Shown here in pieces: positions 25,401 to 37,019 of a stretch of DNA of 64,000 nt (position 1 is the stretch's first letter; every line of letters begins with the position of its first letter). Source of the stretch: Azolla caroliniana (Eukaryota; Plantae; Polypodiophyta); the NCBI GenBank assembly GCA_043228905.1, contig JBHGNT010000009.1, positions 7,502,001 to 7,566,000 of the forward strand, given 5' to 3'. Under the pieces are notes generated by a model. The model saw nothing but the letters and a program-made list of their open reading frames with translations, was not told where the DNA came from and did not search any database. The position numbers were made by a program, and so were the translations under genes.

Positions 25401-28400
25401 TCCTTCTGACCGCCTCCACAGATCTACTTCAAAATGACGCCTTTCTCTACCTCCCTTTGTTCGGATTTTCCTTTTCTGGTCTTGTTTCTTTGCATGCGGC
25501 CTTACTTTTCTTATTCAGAAGTATATTCACTTCTGAACAATTTCGTGATTCTGAACACGCCACAGAAGTAAGAAATGGTTGTCGTACTTCTTATCGAAGA
25601 TTGGATCGAAGATGGATTTTAACATAACTCAAGGTACGGTGTAGAACATAGAAATTTATGCAGACCCGTGTGATTGTAGTACTATGACTTTATCTAATAC
25701 ATAAAAATACATCCGTAACATAATAGCCATTATACAAATGGCTGGCATCTAAATAATTGAGGTGATGACATGGTTTGAAATTTCATAGAATTACCAACCT
25801 TTCCTTCGGACTTAATCTATTGAGTTCAAACTTGCCCTAAAAGTATATTATTTTATCCAATGGCAAACTCACTCATTTGTGTTACTTCATTTCCATTACA
25901 GGTTGGTTGTCTTGCCGATTTCGTGGATGGATTAATGATCAGTCCGTCCTTACAAGAAACTTGCGAATGTTTTTCGTTGCGGTGGAAGGGAACGGCTGCA
26001 TATCTTTACCGGTTGGCACCGTTAAGTCTTTGAATCTTTGCTGCCACAGATTTAGATATTTTTGTGTTATTTCTGTGGCATTTAGTTCATTTTTTATCGT
26101 CTTCGTCATTATATGGTCCTTCCCCTACGGGTGCGCTCACGGGGTGGATCACCGAGCAATAAAAAATCTACCGTTTTGTGTCCTGGAGGGAGGCTCTACT
26201 CCCTCTCAAGTGTTCGCTTCTCTTGCATGGGGCTACTCTTAGTGCATGCGTTTTTAAGTGTCACTGGTCTATCATAAACTAAGTTCACATAATCGTATAG
26301 TCGATAACCTCCACAGACACCATCGATTTCAATTTAGTGAATAATAAGCGAACAATTGTGCATGCGCTCATTGAACGAAGTTGTGGAACTTGTTTGAAAT
26401 AAGAGATTCCCAAGATATGCGTGGGGTTACGAAAGTTATGTGGAACACAAGATTTCGGAGGAAAAACTAATGTCCACGGGATTAAAGTATTTTTGTGTCA
26501 AGTAAGAGGTTTGTCAAATAAGGGTATTTTTGAGTCAGGAGGATTCGGATTGTTATATTTGAATATCTATTATTTTGGGTTTGGTTATTGGTTGAGTGTA
26601 TTTTGCAGTGTCAGTGATAAGACTTATGATGTAAGTTGAGTCATAGCTTTTAAGCTTTCCTTTAAGCGGTTTTTTTCATTATGTAAAGCATTACACGAGG
26701 ATTATAGTTTAAAGTGTTTATAGTTAAAGTTTTCTCATGATCATGCGAAATGTTTATGCTTAGTTCTGAAACCTGTCATTGTAGGAAGATATAATAAATT
26801 GAATCATGGAACCAATGACGCATTGCATTTGGTCATTACTCCAGATATGGTTGGATTTGCTGTCAGTTGTTTATTTTGAGTTATTGATATTTGTGATATT
26901 GGAATTGTGTACTTAGTAGATTGACTCTTCTGACACTAGTTTTAACGACCCAACTAATTCCACAGAAATCTGGAAGCTTCAGTTAATGCTCCGTAATGTT
27001 AGGTTCTAATGATAAATATTGTTCCGAGTGCTATTCTTGTTGTTTTACAACGTAGAAATGATTATTATGAAGGCTAAACTATTATGCTGATATCTATTTA
27101 AACTGTAGGATGAATATCTACAGGTTATGATGTAGGCTGACGTAATTTTTTGTTGATTATGTAGGCTAAAGTAATTTTTTTCAATTATATAGACTAAAAC
27201 TAATTTCAAGGCAACAAAGTGCCGTTTTGCCCTACAAAACTTGGATGTAATCCTAAATCTCTACTGCGGTAGTTCTAAGTAGTAGGAAGTGATGATTTGA
27301 GTTTCATGTACATGAATAATCTTCATTTACGTCTGTTTTTAATTAGTAAATCATTTTAACTGCTCCTGTTAAGTTTCCTAAAATCTTATATTACAGCTGC
27401 AGAAGTATATGTGACGATCAAGGTTGGATCTTGCCATAAAAAACAATTACCTCTGTTGTAACATAATGTCGGAAATTATCTGTACAGCAAAACCATTTTG
27501 CATTTGACTTTGGAGACATGCATCCTAATCAGGAAGATTTATTGATTGTATCAATAAGTTCATGTCCAGCTTTCTGTTGTAAAGATGTCCAAAATTTATC
27601 CAGCTTTCAGGAGAACTAGCTGTGACGTGTTAGGGAAGGTGAGAAAATGGTTCAGGGCTGGTGGCTGAGTTAATTGGAAGAATTGGATTACTATTCGGTA
27701 TTTCATGAAACCATTAAATCCATCAGATGGGTTTATAATGAATTTTATACCTCAAAAAACACAGTTTTGAAAAGTTCTTGTGGAGTTCTATATAATGCTT
27801 ATCATATTGGGCATCATATTCAAACTCGAAAGGCATGGTTACAGCAAATGCTTTGTGGTCCTTGTGGCTCAGATGGTATGTTTCTACCTTATCTAATTAT
27901 CATATCAATTCCAATAATTAAATGCTGTTGATTGAATATTTTTTACTGATGCAGGAGAGTTAAAACAATTCATATTGAAACAGAGGCCTTGTTTATTGAA
28001 TGCCTTATCTGTCGAAGCATCTTTCCAATGCCTTGGAAGTTTTAATTGGTATTGAAATTTCATTTGTTTCATTGGCCTTCCCAATATAGGTTTGTGGCAC
28101 TATACACTTTCTTCTTGTTAGTATCAAGTTATATTTAATGGTTAAAAAACTTGTTAAAAGTCTCTACTGATTGATTAGTTTTATGATTACGTTTTGAAAG
28201 TTATTGGAAGAACTTGATGAACTTAATGTCATTTGAAGACGGAGTTTGGGTTTAATCCCTCTGCTGAGTGAGATTACGTTTAATCCTTGGTTACTTCATG
28301 GAATCCGGATATTATTAGCAGTCTCTATAAAGAGAGTTTAGGTTTAATCCCTCAAATATCTACTGTGTTAAGTGAGATTGTTTTTAATCCTTGGTTACTT

Positions 28401-30039
28401 CATGGAATCCTGATATTATTAGCAGTCTTTGTAAAGAGATTGTGATTTTTGTTCATTAACTTGTAACAAAGAAAATTGAAATCACCCATTTGATATATTT
28501 CTGTTATTTAAAAAGGTATAGGATTATTCATCTTGCTGGTATTTGTTCAGTGATTTATTGTGTACTTTTTCTAGTCTCCTTACCTATTGTGTTTCTAGTG
28601 TTTGTAGAAAGCTGTTAATTTGTCTTTAATGTCATTTTATGCAGTGTGCCAATCAAAGAGGAGTAGGATTTCAAAAGCATCCTAGTGAAAATGCAGTAAT
28701 ATTGAGTGGGGCATAGTGATATGTCTAGATGCACAGGATGTGTCTGATGAACTTCCTGCTAAGAATGCACAGGCTTTATCAGTACTTAAGATATCAATTC
28801 ACACATGCAATTGCATTTCATCTCTGTTTCTGTGGGCACTTCAGATGGATGTGAGCTAATTGGAGCAAAAAGAATGCAGGAAGTTATAATGTAAGTGTCT
28901 GCGTTGTTGTGGAAAACAAAGTTGATTGAGTTAAAGTCAGATGCAAAGTAGGCCAAACAAGTGTAAAGAATTTGTTTAAATTATGAAGCCAGCTTCAAGG
29001 TTATAAAATTGGTTAAAAAATGACCACTTAAAGGCAGCACAAATGACCCATTCTTGATAATAATTGTAAGACTCAAAATCCAGAAGGCATAAAATGATGC
29101 TGTGGATGTTTGCACTCCGTATTCACTACTGGAAATAGTAAGTGCCAATGGTTAGCAGTTGTCAGGTAGATAGGCCTGGATTGAACTTTGATTCGCCAAG
29201 CTTTGTCCACATCTTTATGCTGGAATCAGGCTCATTCTATGCTGTTGACTTACATTTTAATTATTGTGGATCACAATAATGAATTATGGTATGCTTTACC
29301 AATGTTCTTTGCAAAAGTGTTTTGTGAATGTGAGGGCAACAATGTAGTAAAACCAAAATAATATCCTTGGTGTCATGGTAAATTATAAACAGATCTGACT
29401 TTGGTGATATTGAAATGATTACATACTTCTGAGTGATAATTTAATGTTATTAATGAAGTTTTGGTGATATATTGGCACGGTCTCAAAGGCTTAGTAAGTT
29501 GACAAGGCTCTCACAGTCCTGAGTATAAGGTTTTTTTTCTTTGAAAGTACACATTTACGTGAGTTGAATATGAAAACTATTGTATTGTTTTAGAGCTAAT
29601 TTGTTACTTCTACAGATTGAGAAATACAGAAATGCTCTTGGAGAGGAACAACACCCAAGAGAATGTCCACACATTCTAGTAAACTGAACAGCAAAATCAA
29701 TATATTCTATTGTTTATGCATAATCCCATATTTTCATCAAATTTAGAAGCTTGGCACTTACGTTAATTATGGGGACATTAGAAGTATATCAGGAAGACAG
29801 AAGAACATTATTTTATAAGGTCTCACCATTGTCTATACCTTAGCATATATACCCATTATATTGTTATGTGATGACATGACGAAATCTACAGGACTCTGAG
29901 CAATCAAACACTAAATGAAACATCAACTATCTTGTTGAAGAATACAAAAAGTCAATAATGAATCTGTAAGTCATTGGCATTATAAGAGTTATGGCAAAAC
30001 CTTATCTTTTTTATGTTGACTTCCCATTGGCATTAGAAT

Positions 30040-31870
30040 GCTATGTGATGGGCTTTACCTATTTCGGTAGTTGGCATTTGAGTGACTCACATTTGAGTTC
30101 CTTTTTGAGTATGTATTCAATTCTATGTTTTGTTGTCTGATGAATTGCACCTATTGTTGATAATTCAAACTTGCAAGGTTTCTTGTTTCTCTAGGAGCAT
30201 TTGTGTGAATATTCCCAATGCATCTTCGATTTCCAACATGGAGACATTTGGTGGGGTTAGCATTGTAGGAGTTATGTTATCGTTGTGGTTACGTGTATGT
30301 ATGTCAATGGTTATAGTAGAGACGTGTCTAGTGTTGTTGAGCATCTGCATTTGAGGGCCTAGTGTTGCACCTTCATTGCATCTTTTATGGTGGTTCGAAG
30401 GAAGGTTCACTTATGGAGGAAAAAGGAGGGTTATGTGATGGTCTCATGTGTACTTTGTGTTCTCTAATTACATTGCAACACTAGTCATAAGTGCGCTAGT
30501 TTCAAAAATCACACTTGTTTTGTTCTCTGGTACAAGCGGTACAAGTGTGACCTTTGGATGCTCAACAGATTAAGGAAGGGTGGGCTCAACCTTTAGTTAT
30601 ATTAATGATATTTTCATTGCTTTGTTATAAGAGATTCATCCAATGTGGACTTGGTAGTTGTGCAAGATTGACATGCCATTGCTTCTTCATGATGTTGAAG
30701 TTTGGAAAATTGAAAGATCACTCGAGGGGTGGTGACTTCTTTGAGTGTGAATTCTTGTTCTTGGAAATCACATGTGGCATGAATGGCTAGCTCTTGGTGG
30801 GCTTCGTTGATATCCAACTCATCTTTCAAACCAATGTAATGACCTAGTAAAGGGCACTTCTTTGTTGGTTGCTCAAGTGCATTAGTGAGGAGTAACTAGA
30901 AGAACTCATATGGAGTTAGTTCTTTGTTGAATAATTATGTTTATATGGGTTGCGCTTGCAACAGACAAACCTAGCTTATCATTGTTTGGTCAGGTCAAAA
31001 CAACACCAACCGCGAAAGTGAAAATATCTAGCGATTTAAGAATAGGTGACCACAAGTCAGTCTTTGATGTGTTTGAATAACCTTGTACATTGCTCGGTCC
31101 ATTTAGACTCTTTAAACAACCCATATAGGAATTTCTCTTTGTAGATAAACATTTCATTGAACTCTTGGTAATATCCTATATAACCCATGGAATTCTTCAT
31201 CTTAATCTAGTGACCTTAGGATGTCTCTGTAGCAGGGTCGATTGGAAAAATAGGGGACAAGGCAATCTTTGATGTATTTGAAGAACCTTGTACATTCCTC
31301 GGTCCATTCAAACTCTTTAAGCAACCCATATAGGGATTTCTCTCCCAACAAGCATTTTAACGAACCTTTGGAAATATCCTATATAACCCATGAATCCTTG
31401 CTACTATTTTTCATTAGTTGGGATTGCATCTTAAGTAAGAATTTTCCTATGGCTTCGTTGGTGGAAATGCCATCCTTTGATGCCATGCCCTAGTATTAAG
31501 TCATGTTGAATCCAAATTTTGCATTTTGGAAGGTTTAAGGAGTGATGGTACTCACAACTCTTTATAAAGATCCTCAGGAAGTTGATGTCCACTCCAACTC
31601 GAATTGCAACAAAGTTCATCGATGTAGGACTCCAAACCTCAAGTCTGAGGCAAAGATATAATCTATGTCTCTTTGGTATGTGCTTAGGGCACTCGTGAAT
31701 CCAATGGCTTATGTTTGTAGGCAAATGTGTTGAATTCTATGGCAAATGCAATCTTGTATTGATTCTCTAGGCCCATTGATATTTGGGTTTACCTCGAGAA
31801 ACCATCTATGAAATTATACACTTCTTTACCTACCACTCTTTCTAGTATGTGCTTGATGTGGTAATTTTCT
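30040..31870 (-). mobile_element. Highly decayed Ty3/gypsy RT/RNase H remnant with internal duplication
   Basis: FMGYIGY(Y/F)..F...F.....LYGL...(F).WTE.CTR present twice (~31075-31200 and ~31275-31400), plus KIAFAIEFNTFAYK (RT) near 31720-31760. Confidence 0.65.
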
Positions 31871-31880
31871 TGGATAGTGG

Positions 31881-32077
31881 CATAGTTGCAAACACTTAGC
31901 ATACAATGTGTAGAATACATTTGCGAAGTATTTTAAAAGTATTCTGCTTTAAAAATAATAATCTTAGAATATGTATTCTAAAGAAAAAAATGTGTAATAC
32001 GTTACATACGTAGAATACACATGGAATACGTTAATTGTGTGGAATGCTTTAAATACTTATATTTTTTCTACAACTAG
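31881..32077. mobile_element. Probable hAT-derived MITE
   Basis: CATAGTTG..CAACTAG termini and AATACG-type subterminal motifs similar to the element starting at 63222. No clear TSD. Confidence 0.4.
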
Positions 32078-32400
32078 CTATTCTTTTTTGGCCAAAATTT
32101 TGTTTTTTTGTAATATGAGATAGATAAGGTGGATGGATGAAGAAATATGAGAGGATAAAATAAGTCGTAGAGCATGAGAATGGATTTGTCTCAAAATATT
32201 TGAGAAAACATATATGCAAGAAGTGGCCCTTTGTATATTATTTAGATTGAAGTTTTTTTCCCAAAATAGGGGTTGCTTTCCCAATCCGTTAGGAGAGTTT
32301 TTTTTATAGAAAAGGTTATACAACTGCACAACTGCACAACCCACAACAAATCAACAAATGTATTGGTCATGTTGTCCGTTAAATAGGCTACCTATACTCA

Positions 32401-32456
<56 letters not shown>

Positions 32457-32459
32457 GTA

Positions 32460-35030
32460 TGACCCCTTGCCCGAGCTCCAAAATATGAGAAGAAAACTAT
32501 GGCTACATACATATCCTCTCATATTGTCTACTTAGTGTAAGTAGGTAGATAGAACTATAAAAACATACATTCAAAAATAGTGCCCTCCATCGTTGGCCGG
32601 CATGAACCCGATCCCCTTGCCCCCAACGAAGGAAGGGGGGAGGTGAGGGGGAAACAACCCTCCATGCGTCATCATCGGTGTGCTCCACCATTTCTGCTAG
32701 AATGTAAGCGGGCAGTGACCACATCATCGGAGCGATAACAAATCTTGTCCAGATGCCCTCACATGCAGCTGATAATCGTGAACCATATCTCCATGATCAA
32801 TTCCTCCTGTGGTCATACTAGATCTCGGAAGAACATTAGGTAGTGTGCTTTCCACTCATACCAGAGGGTGAAGCCTACGATCAACTTCAAGATCTCCTGG
32901 AAGTAGGGGGATGTGGTTGTCAACCCTCCCTTGAACTGGGTCTAGACTAGTTTGCTTCTTGTGCATTCATAGCACCAACTGCCTTGAAGTTTGTTGAAGG
33001 TGTCCATCCAACTATTGGTCGAGGGAATGATCCAGGCCACCACACTCCACTATGTTGTTCCTTCCACCTCACATGTAGCTATGAGGCGAGTCACCCTGTC
33101 CCATACCCTTTGAGCTTGGGGGTATCCCACAAACAATGTATCACAATCTCGACAGGTGCAGAGTAGAGTGGGCAAGGTCTTGGGCATCCTCGTTTACCTA
33201 TCCATTCGCCAACATAGAGCACTTTATAGCTAATTTGCCACCAAAACAATTTGATCTTCTCAGGCATGTAGAGATGACAGAGATTCTTTCAGAATGTACA
33301 GAGTACCTTGTCAACACTGTCTAATGTCCGCCAACCATTCTTGCAACCTATTTCGAAGGAGTACCTTCCATCACTCCTTACTTGGAAGGAGGCACTGAAC
33401 CAACATTTTTGCCAGTAGTGCTCGGCTCTACGAGTTGATGAGACCGAGTCCACACCATATAAATCCCTAAATGGAGGCCTTAATTGTACACAAACCTATA
33501 GGGTCCATGATCCAGCATGAGACCGAGTGCCACTTGGTGGCAAGCAACGCTTGGTTCGTAACAAGCACCCTGCCAACAAATGATAGCTTAGATTTGCTCT
33601 AGTGGTTCAACTTCCTGCCTATTTTGGATTGCACATGGGAGCTACACCCTTTTGGGGATATCCCTCCCCATCATAAACCCTGGGTACTTGAAGATCATCC
33701 TGGTTGGAACCTAGTCAAAGTAGACATGGGTTTTCCACCTTGGTTTCTCCTATGCACTGATCTAAAGGCTCTGGGTTTTACTCTAGTTTACCTTGGCTCC
33801 AAAGTCCTAGCAAAAGTCCTCGATTAGTTGTTGCGCCCATAACATATTCTCCTCATCCTCCTGTAGGAATAGAGGAATCATTCGTAGCGTCATCTTCGGG
33901 ATAGACCCACCTAACGTCAAGTAAAACCTCGATGTTGAATCAAAGGTCTATTTTCTTAATTCCAGCAAGTTCGGGTAGTTTCAATAGAATTCTTTTTTTT
34001 TGTGAGGAATTTAAAAAACAAATAAGGAAGTTTAGTCCTAATCAAGTAGGTCGAATAACTACTCAGTAACTCAACAACTAAGAGTCACTCCGTATTTTAC
34101 GTTGCTTACTTTCCTTTTGGCCAATCTGCGCTCTTTATCTTCGAATGTTGAAGCATATTAGCTACTCCCTTTCCTTTAAAATTAGATGCGGGGACACTTT
34201 GGCACGTCCCGATAATTAATTACTACCGGGCCCTTGCTTATTGTCCCATCCTATCCCTATTCACCGTAGGGTTGGCTCTAATAGGACCATATCGTCTGCG
34301 TATTCTAACAACAAGAGATCTTCAGGCGCATTTGGGACGAGCAGTCCCCTCAATCCGTTGCTTGGTCCCTAAAAAAAGGTAGAAAAAGCCTAATTTATAA
34401 CCAGATAAAGATATGGGGCCAGGTACAACCCCACCTCATTGAAGGTACATCCCCACCTCACTCAACGTTGCAACCAAAAGGAGGGGCTCCTAATGCCGGC
34501 TAATGGCACACTACTAATTCGAGTCTTGTAGAGTGTAAATGTGCAATTCCTCCATTTTTGGGGTAGGCCTATTTCTTGCATCACGATCTCCAGGAAAGGC
34601 CAAAGGATTTTGTCATAGGCCTTCTCGAAGTCTACCAACAGAATAACATAGCTCTGCCTAGAACGACCCACCAACACCATAACTTCCCATAGTAGCAACA
34701 CGTTATCAAAGATGCTCTTGCGTCTAATTTAAAACCCAGTTTTTGTCATATGCCTTCTCGAAGTCTACCAACAGAATAACATAAGTCTGCCCAGAACGAC
34801 CCACCAATGCCATAGCTTCCCATAAGAGCAACACATTATCAAAGATGCACCTACTTTTGATTTAAAACCTTGTTTTTGTCATAGGCATTCTCGAAGTCTA
34901 CCAATAGAATAACATAGCTCTGCCTAGAACGACCCACCAACGCCATAGCTTCCCATAGTAGCAACACATGATCAAAGATGCACTTGCTTCTGATTTAAAA
35001 CCTTGTTTGACTCTTGAGAGTTCGATAAGA
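32460..35030 (-). mobile_element. Decayed L1-type LINE ORF2
   Basis: LLVDFEKAYDKILWPFL (RT), EYADD (~34295-34310) and GFTLWYEWK-type C-terminal motif (~32850). The DFEKAYD block is triplicated at 34608, 34741 and 34874. Confidence 0.8.
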
Positions 35031-35044
35031 ATCTTGTTAACAAC

Positions 35045-35364
35045 TGTTGCAGAAATCTGTGCACGTGTATCGGATCGAGCGGAACCACCGAGGTCACAGA
35101 CCAGGGAGAGATGGTTGCCGGAAGGCCGATTTCTCTGGGGCCGGTTACACCGACTGTGGCACTAACCATGACGATTCCGGATTCGAGCCGGAAGCAACCG
35201 AACCAGATAGATCCGGATGTGACCGGATGGGTCTGAATGTGTTCCAGAAGCAACCGAATTGAAGAGAGAGAGAGAGAGCACACACGCACGCACACCGACT
35301 CTTCGCACCGTCTTATATACAAGATCACGAGTCTCCGGACCGAAAGAGGAGACACGCTGCAACA
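35045..35364 (-). mobile_element. LTR-like 320-bp segment
   Basis: 8-bp inverted ends TGTTGCAG..CTGCAACA, TATATAA and (CT)n on the - strand, CpG-rich. No TSD or PPT found. Confidence 0.5.
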
Positions 35365-35741
35365 CAGAATGACTCAACACACGCACACATCACAACCATG
35401 CCCGGATAGGATGAAACTGAAAGACACCGATACAAACATATGCACACCAAAGTTTTCTCATATATATTTACAAAGGACACAAGTTACAACGCCGGTTTCG
35501 AGCCGGCCCAATACCGAACAGGAACAACAACCGTCTACGGGCAAGCTCCAATTGGGGAGCACTCGGGCTTGCCTACGTGAGTGGAAGTCTTGCGTTGAAG
35601 ACAAGCCTTCTTACCGAAGCACAACAACTGCATGCCACCAAGCCGCCATTCGGGGAGCACTCGGGCTCGCCTACGCGAGTGGGGTCTTGCACAAGAGATA
35701 GAGCTATGAACGGAAAGCCATAGAGTACAGGAACTCAGGAC

Positions 35742-36706
35742 CATAGTATGAACCATGCGTACCATTCGTGCATTCGTGTTCGAGAATGATTCAATCATTC
35801 GAGAAGGGTAAACACCCTCGAAGAATGATAAATACCATACTTTTGGTTAAACTATTTACTATAAGATAAATATTTTTTCAAGGTAAAAAAAATTGCAAAA
35901 ATTGCAAAAAAAAACACATTACCTTCTTAATAATAATATGCATTTTTTCGTAAATTCTAATAACAACTATCCAAAATCCTACTCTTCAAAAAAATTCTCA
36001 ATGAGGTGTTAATCAAAACGAAGATTCCTAATCTTCATTCAAGGTGATATCATCATCATCATCCTCATCTTGTGCATTATCATCAATATATGCCATCACA
36101 TTGGTGAGGCTTTCATTTTCATCAACTTGTTGTGCTTCTTGTTCACTTTGCAACACTAATAACTTGTTGTGCTTCTTGTTGTGCCATGAAATTTCAGAGA
36201 TGAAATGTCTGAAATTTCAGAGATGAAATGTCTGAAATTTCAGACATGAAATTTCAAAGATGATCAGACATGAAATTTCAGAAATTTCATGTCTGATCAT
36301 CTCAGAATTTTCAGAATTTTCAGCCATGAAATTTCATCAGAGAAAATTCTGAAATTTCAGACATTTCATCTCCGAAATTTCATGGCTGAAATTTCTGAAA
36401 TTTCGTTTTGGAAATTTAAACCCTAATAGCGATTATTAAACCTAAATTCTAATCATACCTGAATGTCGTGAGTCGTTGAAACTTGGTAAGCAGTGTGCAC
36501 TGTGCAGATCGTTGGAGGCTAGGTGGGAGAGGAGAGGAGAGCGTAACGTTACGTGCAGAGAAGAAGAGGGAAAAAGAGGGAAAAAACGAAAAAAAAATGA
36601 AAAAATGAAAAAAAAAAAACACGAACTTTTTAATATCATTAGTGTTCGTTTTCCAACGTAGGAAAACGAATGATAAGCCTGACGAACACAAATTTTACGT
36701 ACTATG
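35742..36706. mobile_element. Non-autonomous hAT element (965 bp)
   Basis: CATAGTA..TACTATG termini with 8-bp TSD CTCAGGAC/CTCAAGAC. Internal acidic coding-like remnant (DDNAQDEDDDDDI on the - strand) and a palindromic array. Confidence 0.9.
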
Positions 36707-37019
36707 CTCAAGACCACGCAACCCTAACATAAAGGAAGCACCGAACCCTAGTATACGAAACTAACACGACTCCACTCAAAAAGAGAAACCCGGTTTTCCG
36801 TGATTATGTATCGGAACGTGTTATCCGTGGGATTGAAAGTGTATGAGTGTATTGTGTTGGTACGTGGATAGATAAGTGTAAAGTCTTTGTATTAAAAGTC
36901 ATGTATAAGTGTATGTGTAAATGTGCACATAAGTGTGAGTATATTACTATATTAAACACATGCACACTGTGATGGGGTTAGCTCCCCAATCAACTTAAAT
37001 TTCATTTTAAATTTAAATT

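Noticed and set aside
24710-25437. 192-aa and overlapping ORFs
   Set aside because: Made of microsatellite and minisatellite translations.
25760-29525. Intronic box C/D snoRNA cluster
   Set aside because: TGATGA/CTGA words occur, but I could not pair them with terminal stems and convincing rRNA-complementary guides by eye.
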